Below, piece after piece: positions 9,099-20,562 of a DNA stretch of 64,000 nucleotides. The DNA comes from an uncultured Thermoplasmatales archaeon (GTDB lineage: Archaea; Thermoplasmatota; E2; UBA202; DSCA01): positions 33,708 through 97,707 of the forward strand of contig CAZESS010000004.1 of the NCBI GenBank assembly GCA_964514975.1, written 5' to 3'. Each line of letters begins with the position of its first letter. Within the stretch, counting starts at the first letter, position 1. The position numbers were made by a program, and so were the translations under genes. The notes below the pieces were generated by a model, which was given only the letters and a program-made list of their open reading frames with translations, was not told where the DNA came from and did not search any database.

Positions 9099-10412
9099 AT
9101 GTATGTCACCAACCGCGATGTGCTGCTCGACGTGGCGGAGCCATTCCGGTCGATGCGGCGGGACGCGCTCGACATGCTCGAGGCGGCGCTGGACAGCGTC
9201 GACCCGCAGCGAGCGACCGGTGAGGCGCTGTCGCTGGACAACGATCGGTTGACGGTGGGCGACGTCACCGTTGACCTGTCATCGGTAGAGCACATATACG
9301 TGGTCGGTTTTGGCAAGGCCAGCGTCGGGATGGCACGCGCCGTCGAACGACTGCTGCCGGTCGACGACGCCCTCGTTATCGCCACCGAGGCTGCAGACCT
9401 TGACAGTAACAGTATAGTGGTGCGGCAGGGTGACCATCCGCTGCCGAGCGAGCGGAACATCGATGCAACGGGGGAGCTGCTCGACATTGTCGACCGGGCG
9501 GAGAAAAACGACCTCGTTGTCGTGCTGGTCTCCGGCGGCGGCTCGGCGCTGCTCTGCCGGCCCGCCGTTTCGCTGGAGGCGATGCGCGACGCGACCCGTG
9601 AGCTCATGCATGCGGGCTGCACCATCCAGGAGCTCAACACGGTCCGGAAGCACCTGTCCATGGTGAAGGGGGGACGGCTGGCAGCCCGGTGCCCCGCCCG
9701 CATTATCTCCCTTGTCATTTCCGACGTCATCGGCGACCCGCTCGAGTACATTGCGAGCGGGCCGACGGCTCCCGATCCTTCTACATATTCCGATGCGCGG
9801 GATGTGCTCGAAAAATATGGGCTCTGGCGGGACGGCGAGGTCATGCGCCGCATAGAGCGGGGCTGCACGGGTGAGCTCGAGGAGACCCCGGACCGGCTGG
9901 ACAACGTCGACCATGTCATCGTGGCAAGCAACGAGCAAGCCTGCCGGCATGCATGCACCGTGGCCACAAAAACGGGGTACCATGCAGACGTGGCGAGCAC
10001 GTCGCTGTCGGGTGAGGCACGCCGGGCCGGCCGGGATGTCGCCCGGTATGCGCGGATGCTGCCCCGTGACCATGCCGTCGTGATATTCGGCGGTGAAACA
10101 ACGGTTACCGTGACCGGTGACGGCAGGGGAGGGAGAAACCAGGAACTCGTGCTTGCCACACTGCAGGAAATCGAGGGGGAGCACATGGTTGTCCTGTCGT
10201 GCGGCACAGACGGCGTCGACGGCCGCAGCCCAGCCGCGGGGGCAATCGCCGACGGCGCCTCGCTGCGACGGACGCGGCAGCGCGGCCTTGACCCGGCGGC
10301 GGCGCTCCGTGACAATGACTCCTACACGTTTTTTAAAGCTCTCGGAGACGCTATCGTGACCGGTCCGACCGGCACGAACGTGATGGACATCCAGATAGTG
10401 GTAAAAGGTTAG
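9099..10412 (+). CDS. Glycerate 2-kinase (MOFRL family)
   Basis: [68 protein letters not shown]. Confidence 0.92.
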   Translation: MYVTNRDVLLDVAEPFRSMRRDALDMLEAALDSVDPQRATGEALSLDNDRLTVGDVTVDLSSVEHIYVVGFGKASVGMARAVERLLPVDDALVIATEAADLDSNSIVVRQGDHPLPSERNIDATGELLDIVDRAEKNDLVVVLVSGGGSALLCRPAVSLEAMRDATRELMHAGCTIQELNTVRKHLSMVKGGRLAARCPARIISLVISDVIGDPLEYIASGPTAPDPSTYSDARDVLEKYGLWRDGEVMRRIERGCTGELEETPDRLDNVDHVIVASNEQACRHACTVATKTGYHADVASTSLSGEARRAGRDVARYARMLPRDHAVVIFGGETTVTVTGDGRGGRNQELVLATLQEIEGEHMVVLSCGTDGVDGRSPAAGAIADGASLRRTRQRGLDPAAALRDNDSYTFFKALGDAIVTGPTGTNVMDIQIVVKG

Positions 10413-10633
10413 ACGGCGACGACCTTTGTGACGTCCGGCACCTGTTTTTTGAGCTCCTGTTCAATTCCCATCTGCAGGGTCATCTGTGACATCGGGCAGC
10501 CCCGGCATGCCCCGGTCAGACGGACCTTGACCACGCCTTCCTCTTCGTCGACGTCGACGAGCTCGACGTCGCCCCCGTCGGCCTGCAGCGCGGGACGGAT
10601 TTCGTCGATGACTTCAGCGACTTTTTCTTTCAT
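10409..10633 (-). CDS. NifU/Nfu C-terminal domain Fe-S carrier protein
   Basis: [15 protein letters not shown]...[13 protein letters not shown]; the true start is ATG 10633 within the longer track ORF. Confidence 0.92.
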   Translation of the reverse strand: MKEKVAEVIDEIRPALQADGGDVELVDVDEEEGVVKVRLTGACRGCPMSQMTLQMGIEQELKKQVPDVTKVVAV

Positions 10634-10715
10634 CGTATCTCGCTGTGATATTTGCCGGCAGGTATTTATTTTTATCGCATAACAACGTTTTAAACGACCG
10701 CCGGGATATTGAAGC

Positions 10716-11192
10716 ATGAAAGAACTCATGCAGCGCCTTGCAGACCTGCTGACCGAGCGTGATGTGATGGTTGCCACCGCGGAGTCCTGCACCGGCGGGC
10801 TCATCGGGGACACGCTGACGAGCGTTCCGGGCAGCTCCACGTATTATGAGGGCGGCGTCATCTCGTACAGCAACGCCCTGAAACAGCGATTCCTCAACGT
10901 TGCGGCGGAGACCCTCATGCGGCATGGAGCCGTCTCGGAGCAGACAGCCCGGGAGATGGCCATCGGAATACGCAATGCTGCGGACGTCGACGTCGGCCTG
11001 GCGACCACAGGCATCGCGGGTCCGGGCGGCGGCACACCCGGGAAGCCGGTCGGCCTCGTCTACATCGGCTTCGCTAGTGACAACGGGGTAACAGTGCAAA
11101 AACACGTGTTCGACGGCAGCCGGCAGGAAAACAAACAGGCGACCGTGCGGATGGCCTTGCAGATGCTGTATGACCATGTCAGCCATGATTGA
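10716..11192 (+). CDS. CinA C-terminal domain protein / NMN deamidase (PncC)
   Basis: [43 protein letters not shown]. Confidence 0.92.
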   Translation: MKELMQRLADLLTERDVMVATAESCTGGLIGDTLTSVPGSSTYYEGGVISYSNALKQRFLNVAAETLMRHGAVSEQTAREMAIGIRNAADVDVGLATTGIAGPGGGTPGKPVGLVYIGFASDNGVTVQKHVFDGSRQENKQATVRMALQMLYDHVSHD

Positions 11193-12213
11193 CGTCGACG
11201 GCTCCCATGGCGAGGGTGGCGGACAGATACTCCGGATGACGGTGGCGCTGTCCGCGCTGACCGGCAGACCAATCCATGTCTCCAACATCCGGGCCGGGCG
11301 CTCGAACCCCGGGCTGCGCCCGCAGCACATCGCGGCTATCGAGGCGGTCCGGCGGCTCTGCAACGGCCATGCCGAAAACCTGCACGAGCATGCCACCGAT
11401 ATAACGTTTCATCCCCGCGAGGTGGCGGGCGGCAGCCATTTCGTTGACATCGGCACCGCTGGCAGCATCACGCTTGCGATGCAGGCCTGTCTCCCTCCGA
11501 TGCTGCACGCCATGGAGCCGGCCGGGATGCGACTGCGGGGTGGCACCGACGTAAGATGGTCGCCGCCCTGGGATTATTTCACCCGGGTGTTCCTGCCGTT
11601 GCTCCGCCACATGGACGTGGATGCAGCGGCGACGCTGGAGAAGCGGGGCTATTACCCGAAGGGTGGCGGCATCGCATCTCTTGAAATGCAGCCCTGCACA
11701 CATCTCACGCCGCCCTCGTTCGACCGGGACGGCGACTGGCATATCGAGGGAAAAATAAACATCGCCGGATTGCCGGGGCACATCGCCCGCCGCATTCGGA
11801 AGGCAGCCCGGAAAGAATTCATCAGCCGGGGGATGGACGCCGACATCGCCATCGAAACATATGAGGCGGCGTCGCCCGGTGTGGGCATCGTGCTCTGGAC
11901 GACAGGGCCGCGGCGGCTGGGCGCCGACGTGCTCGGCGAGAAGGGAAAACCGGCGGAGGCCGTCGGCAGGGAGGCAGCGCAGATGCTGCTGGAGGAAATC
12001 GATGCCGGCGCCGACCTGGACGTCCACGCGGTCGACCACCTCGTTCCCTACATGGCGCTCGCCGATGAGCCGTCATGCTTTCGCTGCCGTGAGCTGAGCG
12101 GACACGCGGAGACAGAGCTCTGGCTCCTCCAGCGATTTATGGACATATCATGGGAAAAAAAGATGGGCGATGGATGCATCGAGGTCGGTGTCAGCCCAGG
12201 AGAAACAGGATGA
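11185..12213 (+). CDS. rtcA: RNA 3'-terminal phosphate cyclase
   Basis: DGSHGEGGGQILR, GLRPQH, GTAGSITL, GGTDV, RGYYPKGGG; catalytic His in LSGHAET. Confidence 0.95.
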   Translation: MIDVDGSHGEGGGQILRMTVALSALTGRPIHVSNIRAGRSNPGLRPQHIAAIEAVRRLCNGHAENLHEHATDITFHPREVAGGSHFVDIGTAGSITLAMQACLPPMLHAMEPAGMRLRGGTDVRWSPPWDYFTRVFLPLLRHMDVDAAATLEKRGYYPKGGGIASLEMQPCTHLTPPSFDRDGDWHIEGKINIAGLPGHIARRIRKAARKEFISRGMDADIAIETYEAASPGVGIVLWTTGPRRLGADVLGEKGKPAEAVGREAAQMLLEEIDAGADLDVHAVDHLVPYMALADEPSCFRCRELSGHAETELWLLQRFMDISWEKKMGDGCIEVGVSPGETG

Positions 12214-12382
12214 ACATGACCACGAGCACCGCCAGAGCCCCATACATGATGTACATGTAGGTTTTCCGTTTTTTGATGAATGATTCGTATTCCTCGCGGC
12301 ATTCATCCGAGCAGACGGTCTCCCCGGTAGGGATGGCCTTGCCGCATATCTGGCAGTGGTCATGTTGCGGGATTCGTTCCAT
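12191..12382 (-). CDS. DUF2116-like Zn-ribbon small membrane protein
   Basis: HDHCQICGKAIP...CSDEC followed by a C-terminal TM helix. Confidence 0.8.
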   Translation of the reverse strand: MERIPQHDHCQICGKAIPTGETVCSDECREEYESFIKKRKTYMYIMYGALAVLVVMFILFLLG

Positions 12383-12383
12383 G

Positions 12384-13049
12384 TTATACCTCTATCCGTG
12401 TGCCATTAAACTCCCGGCCGTATATAGCGTTTTCCAATGCCGCCAGGCCGGTGCCGTTGACCACCATCGTGGCGATCGATGCCTCCTCGATGACGCGGCA
12501 GGCGATGCCGTCGATGGGCGAGGAGGTGCCCGCCTGCTGCCATCTGTCGGGTATCATGCGCCGCAGCTCTGCGATGGCGATGGAATCATACCTTGCTGCA
12601 TCGGGGTCGCTCTTTGGGTCGTCGGTGTAGATGCCGTCGACGTCGGTGGCGATGACGAAGCGGTTGGCATCGACCTCGCGGGCGAGCGTCGCCCCCACCG
12701 CGTCGGTCGAATGCCCGGGGACGGTGCCGCCCATCACCACGGGCGGTGTCATGCCTGCCGCCGCCTCTATCGTGGAGGGAACGTTGATGTCGATGTCCAT
12801 GGCCCCGGCGAGAAGCATGGCGTTGAGGCGGGTGGCCGCGATGCCCATCAGGTCGAGCCGGTGCTCCGACATGCCGAGCGCTCTCCCGGCCTTGATATAG
12901 CGTCGGGCGGTGGCGCCGCCGCCGGTGACCACGTAGAGCGCCATGTCATCCGAGGCATGAGTGAGCAGGTCGCCGAGCTGCCGGAGCATCGCAACTTTGC
13001 TGGTGCCGAGCAGGGAGCCCCCGAGGGAGACGACCACGTTCATGGACAT
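12384..13049 (-). CDS. pyrH: UMP kinase (archaeal type)
   Basis: VVSLGGS, VTGGGATARRYI, LDLMGIAATRLNA, PGHSTDAV, TDVDGIYTDDP. Confidence 0.95.
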   Translation of the reverse strand: MSMNVVVSLGGSLLGTSKVAMLRQLGDLLTHASDDMALYVVTGGGATARRYIKAGRALGMSEHRLDLMGIAATRLNAMLLAGAMDIDINVPSTIEAAAGMTPPVVMGGTVPGHSTDAVGATLAREVDANRFVIATDVDGIYTDDPKSDPDAARYDSIAIAELRRMIPDRWQQAGTSSPIDGIACRVIEEASIATMVVNGTGLAALENAIYGREFNGTRIEV

Positions 13050-13280
13050 GTAAGCACGAGGCTGTTAAAGCATTTTCGCGGGCATGCCCCCTGTATATGG
13101 GAGTTCGATTGGCGGGTGGCAGCAAACAAACCGTCGTGCATGCTCGATGATTTGTAGCCGTATCGCCCGTTGTTCGAGCATAATAGCGAAACAGGGCGTG
13201 TGCAGGCATCGTGATGACGCCTTCGGCAGGGTTGGCCATAACATTAATATTCACTGGCTCTATTACCGGCTTGGATAATC

Positions 13281-14180
13281 ATGTATGAAATACGGTTTCA
13301 CGGCAGAGGAGGCCAGGGTGGCCAGATGGCCGCTCAGACCTACGCGCTCGCCGCCGTGCGGGAGGACAACTATGCTGTTTCCTTCCCGTTTTTTGGTGCG
13401 GAGCGACGTGGTGCGCCGGTCATGGCCTTCACCCGTGTCGACAAGGACCAGATACGGATAAAAACCCAGATCTATGAGCCCGACTACGTGGTCGTGCTCG
13501 ACGAAACATTGCTGGACACCGTCGACGTGCTCAAGGGGCTGAAGGACGACGGCATGGTGATCATCAACACCGACAAAGCACCGGATGAGGTCGAGCTGTC
13601 CCGGGAGGTCAACTGCGCAACCGTCGATGCAACATCGATAGCACTTGACACCCTCGGACGGGCGATTACCAACACGTCGATGCTCGGTGCGCTGGCCAAG
13701 GCGACGGGCGAGGTGTCCATCGAGTCCATCGAGGATGCGATCATGGAGAAGTTTGGCTCCAAGATGGGCGAAAAAATCGGCCGGAAGAACGCCGAGGCGG
13801 CCCGCCGTGCATACGAGGAGCTCGAAGTCGGCGTCTGCCAGGGCGGCAAGGAGTTCATGGCGCAGGAGGAATGGATGCCGACGGCGCAGGAGCTTCCACT
13901 GGGCGGCTCCGTGGGAACCCGGGAGACCGACGCCGGCCTGATTGGACCTGGCTCGTTCGTGAAGAACAAGACCGGTGACTGGCGGACGTTTATCCCCAGC
14001 ATCGACGTGGACACCTGCATCGGCTGCCGGCAGTGCTGGTTTTACTGCCCGGAGGGATGTATTTCCATGGAAGACGGCAAGGCGGTCATCAACTTCGACT
14101 ACTGCAAGGGATGCGGCATCTGCGCGGAGGAATGCCCCGTGGATGCCATCACGATGAGCCGAGAGGTAAAGGAGGTGTAA
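13281..14180 (+). CDS. 2-oxoacid (pyruvate/ketoisovalerate):ferredoxin oxidoreductase, fused gamma-delta subunit
   Basis: [11 protein letters not shown] and [10 protein letters not shown] (gamma) joined to [10 protein letters not shown] plus two CxxCxxCxxxCP motifs (delta). Confidence 0.92.
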   Translation: MYEIRFHGRGGQGGQMAAQTYALAAVREDNYAVSFPFFGAERRGAPVMAFTRVDKDQIRIKTQIYEPDYVVVLDETLLDTVDVLKGLKDDGMVIINTDKAPDEVELSREVNCATVDATSIALDTLGRAITNTSMLGALAKATGEVSIESIEDAIMEKFGSKMGEKIGRKNAEAARRAYEELEVGVCQGGKEFMAQEEWMPTAQELPLGGSVGTRETDAGLIGPGSFVKNKTGDWRTFIPSIDVDTCIGCRQCWFYCPEGCISMEDGKAVINFDYCKGCGICAEECPVDAITMSREVKEV

Positions 14181-14184
14181 TAAA

Positions 14185-15381
14185 ATGGTACAACAGATTG
14201 AAAGTAAGAGAATGGTCGTCACGGGAGACTACAGCGCAGCATATGGAGCGCTCATATGCGACGTCGACGTCGTGGCTGCCTATCCGATTACGCCGCAGAC
14301 GTTCATCGTCGAGGATTTCTCGGAGTTCGTCAACGATGGATTAACCGAGACGGAGTTCGTCATGGTGGAATCCGAGCATTCCGCAATGTCGGCCTGTATC
14401 GCCGCGGAGGCAGCAGGCGCCCGCACCTTTACGGCGACGGCGTCGCAGGGCCTGGCCCTGATGCACGAGATGCTGTTCGTCGCGGCGGCGCTGCACATGC
14501 CCATCGTGATGCCCGTGGTCAACCGGACGGTCGCATCGCCCATTGGCATCTGGTGCGAATACAATGACACGATGCCGCAGCGTGACTCGGGATGGCTGCA
14601 GGTCTACTGCGAGAACAACCAGGAGGTGCTCGACATGGTCATCCAGTCCTACAAGATCGCCGAGCACAGCGACGTGCTGCTGCCGGTGATGCCTTCTCTG
14701 GACGCATTTATTTTGTCGCATACCGTGGAGCCGGTCGATGCGCCTTCGACGGACGAGGTAGCAGACTTCCTGCCGCCCTACGAGCCCGAGGCAGTGCTGG
14801 ACACGAAGAACCCGATGACCATCGGGTCGTTCGCGCCGCCCGAATACATCCAGGAGATACGGTGGCAGAACGAGCAGACCATGCAGAACGCCCGGAAGGT
14901 TATCCGTGACGTTAACGACGAGTTCGCAAAGGAGTTCGGACGCGACTACCACGGCCTGATCGAGAAATATCGATGTGATGACGCGGATGTGGTGCTCATA
15001 ACCATGGGCACCGTGACGGGGACGGCCCGCGACGTGGTCGACGAGATGCGCCAGGAGGGCAAAAAGGTCGGCCTGGTCAAGCTTCGGTTCTTCCGTCCGT
15101 TCCCCGCCGAGGAGCTGAAAGAGGTCGCCGAGGGCGTCGAGGCCATCGGGGTCTACGACCGCTCGATTTCGTTCAGCAGCGGCGGCCCGGCGTTTATCGA
15201 AACGAGGCATACGCTGTACGGCCATGACATCCCGATTGTGAACTTCCTGGCCGGTCTGGGCGGCAGAGATGTCGTCAAGGATGACGTGCGCACGATGTTC
15301 GAGAAGACATTGAAGGCAGCGAAGGAGGGCCAGCCCGAGAAAGAGGTTGTCTGGATCGGCACACGGGGGGTGGAAGCATGA
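14185..15381 (+). CDS. porA: 2-oxoacid:ferredoxin oxidoreductase alpha subunit
   Basis: AAYPITPQT, VESEHSAMS, TATASQGLALMHE, NRT, RFFRPFP, GLGGRD. Confidence 0.93.
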   Translation: MVQQIESKRMVVTGDYSAAYGALICDVDVVAAYPITPQTFIVEDFSEFVNDGLTETEFVMVESEHSAMSACIAAEAAGARTFTATASQGLALMHEMLFVAAALHMPIVMPVVNRTVASPIGIWCEYNDTMPQRDSGWLQVYCENNQEVLDMVIQSYKIAEHSDVLLPVMPSLDAFILSHTVEPVDAPSTDEVADFLPPYEPEAVLDTKNPMTIGSFAPPEYIQEIRWQNEQTMQNARKVIRDVNDEFAKEFGRDYHGLIEKYRCDDADVVLITMGTVTGTARDVVDEMRQEGKKVGLVKLRFFRPFPAEELKEVAEGVEAIGVYDRSISFSSGGPAFIETRHTLYGHDIPIVNFLAGLGGRDVVKDDVRTMFEKTLKAAKEGQPEKEVVWIGTRGVEA

Positions 15382-16277
15382 GCCCGGGTATCAAGGACCT
15401 GCCCGAGGAAAACCTGTTCACCGAGGGACATACGGCCTGCCCCGGCTGCGGTGCCCCCATCGTGGTGCGCAACCTGATGAAGGTCCTCGGCGAGGACACC
15501 ATCATCTACGCGCCGGCGAACTGCCTGCTGGTCTTCGGCGGCACCTATCCAAAGATAGCCTGGAAGATACCCTACCTGCACGAGGCGTTCGAGAACACCG
15601 GAGCCTGCATATCCGGCGTGACCCGCGCACTGCGCAAAAAGGGCAACGACCACACCACGGTGCTGGGCGTGGCGGGCGACGGCGGCACCTACGACATCGG
15701 CATCCAGGCGTTGTCGGGTGCTGCGGAGCGAAACGAGGACGTCATCTATGTCTGCTACGACAACGAGGCCTACATGAACACGGGCATCCAGCGCTCCGGC
15801 TCGACGCCCTACGGCGCCGCGACGACCACGACCCCGGTCGGCAAAAAGATACCGGGAAAGATGCGGCACAAGAAAAACATGCCGGAAATCATGCGCGCCC
15901 ACGACATCCCGTATATGGCGACCGCGAGCATCTCGTATCCCAGGGATTTCCTCAACAAGGTAGAAAAAGCCCGCGACATGGATGGATTCCGCTACCTGCA
16001 CATCTTTTCGCCCTGTCCGACCGGCTGGCGGCATGATCCCGCCAAGACCATCGAGATGGGACGCCTGGCCGTCCAGAGCGGCATGTGGACGCTGTATGAA
16101 GCGGAGCATGGAGAGATAACGGACATCTACGAGCCCAAGAAAAAGATACCGGTGAAGGACTACATCGGCGAGCAGGGCCGCTTCCGTCATTTCAGCGAGG
16201 AGATGCTCGACACGCTGCAGCAGTGGACTGACCGCAAATGGAAGCGGATGTACGGCTCCCTCCCCGACGAAGAATAA
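15378..16277 (+). CDS. porB: 2-oxoacid:ferredoxin oxidoreductase beta subunit (TPP-binding)
   Basis: GHTACPGCG, GDGGTYDIG, YDNEAYMNTGIQRS, SPCPTGW. Confidence 0.93.
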   Translation: MSPGIKDLPEENLFTEGHTACPGCGAPIVVRNLMKVLGEDTIIYAPANCLLVFGGTYPKIAWKIPYLHEAFENTGACISGVTRALRKKGNDHTTVLGVAGDGGTYDIGIQALSGAAERNEDVIYVCYDNEAYMNTGIQRSGSTPYGAATTTTPVGKKIPGKMRHKKNMPEIMRAHDIPYMATASISYPRDFLNKVEKARDMDGFRYLHIFSPCPTGWRHDPAKTIEMGRLAVQSGMWTLYEAEHGEITDIYEPKKKIPVKDYIGEQGRFRHFSEEMLDTLQQWTDRKWKRMYGSLPDEE

Positions 16278-16280
16278 GCC

Positions 16281-16317
16281 TTTCCCCATCCCTTTTTTCC
16301 TCTCCGTTTTTTTTTTA
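16281..16317 (+). terminator. Oligo-T tract terminator after the oxidoreductase operon
   Basis: Pyrimidine-rich tract with long T runs just after the stop, between convergent genes. Confidence 0.5.
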
Positions 16318-16324
16318 TCTCCTG

Positions 16325-17086
16325 TTATACCAGCCCTGTCTCTATAGTGCCGGCTGCCATCAGCATCGCTACGAGCAGGGGCTGGTGTACCAGGTAGATT
16401 GCCAGGGAATGCTGGCCCATCCATGCGAGGAGGCCCGTCATCGGCCGCGTGGTAAAATCAGGCAGCGGGAAACGTCGCTCCCCGCCGGGATATAGCGCCC
16501 CGCCGAGAAACACGCCGAGGAGGACGACGCCAAGCCAGGGCAACAATGGAAAATAGTCAAACATGTACATGTCACCCGTCCTGACGCCAAGCCAGAGCAG
16601 CAGATTCGTGTTCGCCTCGGCGCTGCTCACCACGATGCCAGCGGCGATACATGCCAGGCCAAATGGCAGCGCCAGCCAGCGACGGCACAGCACCGGGTAT
16701 ACAAGGATGATGGACAGGCCGATGCAGTGCAGGATACCAAACAAAATGATGCCGTCGGGCAGAAACAGCCACGTCACCACCGTTATCGCCATGCCATACA
16801 AAAAAATGCGAGCGCCCCGCCGCACATATTTCAACGGCAGCTCCATCCCGTCGAGGTGACATCTGGCCCGGCTGTAGCTCAACGTTAAGGAGACGCCGAC
16901 GAGGAGGAGGAACAGCGATGCGGTCGCCTGCGCGAAGCCACGCCAAAACCCCGATGTGGCACCGATGCCCGCGCTGCCGAAATGGTCGAGGTCGTAGACC
17001 ACGTGGAACGTGACCATCATCAGGATGGCGACGCCCCGCGCTGCGTCGATCTCCCGATATCGGCGGCTGCCCGCAGCCATCGTCAC
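16325..17086 (-). CDS. DUF1624 / HGSNAT-like membrane acyltransferase-family protein
   Basis: RYREIDAARGVAILMMVTFH, FLLLVGVSL, FGILHCIG, DYFPLLPW, GQHSLAIYLVHQP. Confidence 0.85.
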   Translation of the reverse strand: MTMAAGSRRYREIDAARGVAILMMVTFHVVYDLDHFGSAGIGATSGFWRGFAQATASLFLLLVGVSLTLSYSRARCHLDGMELPLKYVRRGARIFLYGMAITVVTWLFLPDGIILFGILHCIGLSIILVYPVLCRRWLALPFGLACIAAGIVVSSAEANTNLLLWLGVRTGDMYMFDYFPLLPWLGVVLLGVFLGGALYPGGERRFPLPDFTTRPMTGLLAWMGQHSLAIYLVHQPLLVAMLMAAGTIETGLV

Positions 17087-17168
17087 CGTAGCCGAAGGCG
17101 ATATTTAACCATGTGGCCGTATGGAGCGCTGCAAAAAGATTATATAAAGCGAGGGTTTTGTCCGAATC

Positions 17169-19205
17169 GTGGCAGAAGAACAGGAAGAACTGAAGGAGCA
17201 GCTTCCACCCATAGATACATGGATGCAGGAGCAGGACGTCGAAACGTCGGATGACATCGAGATACCCGATACGTTGATGGAGCAGGTCATCGGACAGGAT
17301 CATGCCGTCGAAGTCGTCCGGCAGGCCGCCCGGCAGAAGCGCCATATCATGCTCATCGGCGACCCGGGCACCGGCAAATCGATGATAGCCCGGGCGATGA
17401 CCGAGTTCCTGCCGACCGAGGAGCTCGAGGACATCCTCACCTATCCAAACCAGGACGACCCCAACACGCCTCGGGTGCGCATCGTTCCCGCCGGCAAGGG
17501 CAAGGACATCGTCGACGCGATGAAGGCCGAGGCCCGAAAGCGCAAGCAGCAGCAGTCCCAGATGATGGCCACCATCCTCGCACTCATCGTCGGCGGTGCC
17601 ATCATCGGCGCCATCGTCACCGGTGAGCTCACCATCGCCCTGTTCGGCATCATCGCCGCGGCGATGATATATCTCATCGGGATGCGCGGCGGCATGATGC
17701 AGAATCAGGAGGAAAAGGACGTGCCCAAGCTCCTTGTGTCACATGAAGACGAGGACTCGCCGCCGTTTGTCGACGCGACGGCCGCACATTCGGGGGCGTT
17801 GCTCGGCGACGTTCGCCATGACCCGTTTCAGGCGGGCGGCCTTGAGACGCCGCCGCATCTGCGCGTTGAGGCAGGCGCCATCCACAAGTCACATCGCGGG
17901 GTCCTGTACATCGACGAGATCAACACGTTGAGCCTGCCGTCACAGCAGCACCTTTTGACGGCGATCCAGGAAGAGGAATTCCAGATCACCGGGCAGTCGG
18001 AGCGGAGCAGCGGCGCCATGGTGAAGACAGAGTCGGTGCCCTGCGATTTCATTCTGGTCTGTGCGGGCAACCTCGACGCCGTCGAGGGGATGCATCCCGC
18101 ATTGCGGAGCCGCATCCGGGGCTACGGCTACGAGATATATATCAAGAGCGACATGGAGGACAACGACGAAAACCGGACGAAGCTCATCCGATTCGTCGCG
18201 CAGGAGGTCGCCAAGGATGGCCAGATCCCGCATTTCGACCGGGCGGCCATCACCGAGATCATCCGGGAGGCACAGCGCCGGGCCGGCCGGAAGGGAAAGC
18301 TGTCGCTTCGCCTGCGTGAGCTCGGCGGGCTCGTCCGGGCGTCGGGTGACCTCGCCATCAGGGAGGAGGCGGACATCGTGACCGCCGATCATGTCGTCAG
18401 GGCGAAAGAGCTTTCCTCGTCGCTTGAGCAGCAGGTGGCTGAGCGCTACCTGCAGAAAAAGAAGACCTATCAGTCGTTCAAGACCATGGGCGCCGAGATC
18501 GGCACGGTGAACGGCCTCGCCGTTATGTCCGCCGACCCGTCTATGAGCGAGTTCGCGGGCCTGATTTTGCCGATCGTCGCCGAGGTCACCCCTGCCGGCT
18601 CCAAGTCGGAGGGCAAGATCATCGCCACGGGGCGCCTGGGAGAAATTGCCAGTGAGGCGGTGCAGAACGTCTCCGCCATCCTCAAAAAATACATGGGAAA
18701 AGACATTTCGAAGCGCGATATCCACATCCAGTTCGTCGGCACCTATGAGGGTGTGGAGGGTGACTCCGCCTCGATTTCTGTTGCAACGGCGGTCATCTCG
18801 GCGATGGAAAACGTGCCACTGTCACAGGAGGTCGGCATGACCGGGTCATTGAGCGTCCACGGCGCCGTGCTGCCCGTCGGCGGCGTCACCGCGAAGATAG
18901 AGGCAGCGGCCAAGGTCGGCCTGAAAAAGGTGCTCATCCCGCGGGCGAACATGCAGGACGTGCTCATCGAGGACAAGTACAAGGACCAGATAGAGATCGT
19001 GCCCGTTGAAACATTGAAGGACGTGCTGGACAACGTGCTGGTCGGCGGCAAAAAGGACGGGTTGATGCAGAAGCTCGAGAAGCTGCAGCCGTCGGTGGTC
19101 AGCAAGGTCGACCTGGAGTCGGAGCGGGCAACGAGCAAGGTACCCCGCACGGGAAAACAGCAGGGGCAGCCGCAGAGTGCCTCCAGCAATGATGGCGAGG
19201 GCTAG
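17169..19205 (+). CDS. lonB: Archaeal membrane-bound ATP-dependent protease LonB
   Basis: Walker A GDPGTGKS, two-TM insert, YIDEI, HPALRSR, catalytic EGDSAS and [10 protein letters not shown]. Confidence 0.96.
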   Translation: MAEEQEELKEQLPPIDTWMQEQDVETSDDIEIPDTLMEQVIGQDHAVEVVRQAARQKRHIMLIGDPGTGKSMIARAMTEFLPTEELEDILTYPNQDDPNTPRVRIVPAGKGKDIVDAMKAEARKRKQQQSQMMATILALIVGGAIIGAIVTGELTIALFGIIAAAMIYLIGMRGGMMQNQEEKDVPKLLVSHEDEDSPPFVDATAAHSGALLGDVRHDPFQAGGLETPPHLRVEAGAIHKSHRGVLYIDEINTLSLPSQQHLLTAIQEEEFQITGQSERSSGAMVKTESVPCDFILVCAGNLDAVEGMHPALRSRIRGYGYEIYIKSDMEDNDENRTKLIRFVAQEVAKDGQIPHFDRAAITEIIREAQRRAGRKGKLSLRLRELGGLVRASGDLAIREEADIVTADHVVRAKELSSSLEQQVAERYLQKKKTYQSFKTMGAEIGTVNGLAVMSADPSMSEFAGLILPIVAEVTPAGSKSEGKIIATGRLGEIASEAVQNVSAILKKYMGKDISKRDIHIQFVGTYEGVEGDSASISVATAVISAMENVPLSQEVGMTGSLSVHGAVLPVGGVTAKIEAAAKVGLKKVLIPRANMQDVLIEDKYKDQIEIVPVETLKDVLDNVLVGGKKDGLMQKLEKLQPSVVSKVDLESERATSKVPRTGKQQGQPQSASSNDGEG

Positions 19206-20482
19206 CTCACCCAGCCGGGGCCGACCTGCGCCATAATATTTGTCCGTGTCGTCGTGAAATCGATGTCGTAGCTGTCATCGGCCGCGGGGCCATGCAGTGT
19301 GAGGGCGACCGCGCTGGATGTGTTGGTAAGGGTGTAGGACGATGCGCCAAGGTTTGCCCGGGTGAGCGTATTGTTCAGATAGCGATACCAGGCAGCGACA
19401 TGCTTGGTGGCGATGGTAATGGTGATGTTGCTGGCGATGTATTCCTGTTCCTGCATGGAGGAATAGTTGGTTTTGATGGAATAGGTGCCGTAGCCGCTCA
19501 CGCTGGTCTTACCCGCCAGGCCGGTGACGTCGACCATGCCGAGGCTGACCATATGCGTTGGGTCGCCGCCCGTGGTATCGTTTTGTATCGAAAGCGCCGG
19601 CGCTGATATGACGGCCTGACCCTGGCTCTGGGTGAGGATGACGGCACCGCCCTCGTAGACATAGGTCTGGTCGACGAAGTAGGCGTTTTCGGAGCTGTAT
19701 TCGATGGTGCCCATGCGGATGGTTCTGCCGATGGAGCCCCCGGGGTCGTAGCGGCTGCCGGTCATGACGAATGCGCCGCCGTTGGTGTTCGAGCTGTCGA
19801 ACGACATGGTGAACGGTGTCGACAGGAAGGGCAGGATACGGGTGGAAAACCGGTATCCGTCGTCGAGCAGGTTTACAATGTAGCTCGCGTTTTTGGGAAT
19901 CCATGCCACCGGCTGTTTGTAGACGGGGACCGCCGACAGGTTGGACACCCGGAGGTCGAGCTGCCAGAAGTCAGCAGAGAAGCTCGACACGGTCACGTTG
20001 ACATATGCGGTGCCCGTCGACGCGTTGAAGTAGTCACCGCTGTAGAGATTGCTTCCATGGAGCTGGAGGTCGAAGGAGCTGAGGGAGCGAACGTTGGTCA
20101 GGTTGCCACCGGTTTTTTCGACGTTGGACATGCCCGTGGAGGAGAGCCCGTCCCCTGCTATGTCCACCTGGAAGCCGCTGTTCGCCGTTGAAAGGATGCT
20201 CAGGGACCCAAAGGCGCGGGCTGACACGAAAAACGGGAGCTCTTTGCTGCCGAGGGTGATGGAGTTGATGAGAGACATGTCCCGCTGCGCCATCGTCTCG
20301 ATGTCTATCGAGGCTTTTATCTGGGAGAACTGGTTGGCAACGGTGTCCATGTGCTCTGCCTCCCGGTCCTTCATCCAGTTGGGGACATAGTATACCTGGA
20401 CGAGGACGATGACCGCGACGAACAGGCTCACCATCAGGATAGCGACGACGACGCCGACCTGTCCGCGCTCGTTTTTTTCCAT
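19202..20482 (-). CDS. Pilin-like protein with a putative class III signal peptide
   Basis: Likely start [45 protein letters not shown]; also [20 protein letters not shown]-like TTATTTAAA lies about 25 nt upstream on the minus strand. Confidence 0.75.
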   Translation of the reverse strand: MEKNERGQVGVVVAILMVSLFVAVIVLVQVYYVPNWMKDREAEHMDTVANQFSQIKASIDIETMAQRDMSLINSITLGSKELPFFVSARAFGSLSILSTANSGFQVDIAGDGLSSTGMSNVEKTGGNLTNVRSLSSFDLQLHGSNLYSGDYFNASTGTAYVNVTVSSFSADFWQLDLRVSNLSAVPVYKQPVAWIPKNASYIVNLLDDGYRFSTRILPFLSTPFTMSFDSSNTNGGAFVMTGSRYDPGGSIGRTIRMGTIEYSSENAYFVDQTYVYEGGAVILTQSQGQAVISAPALSIQNDTTGGDPTHMVSLGMVDVTGLAGKTSVSGYGTYSIKTNYSSMQEQEYIASNITITIATKHVAAWYRYLNNTLTRANLGASSYTLTNTSSAVALTLHGPAADDSYDIDFTTTRTNIMAQVGPGWVS

Positions 20483-20562
20483 CGGGGAAATAACCGCCCC
20501 TGGTTTAAATAAGTTTATGAAAAATTTGCTGTCTGCATCTGGCTCGCCGTGTTCCCGGTGTT

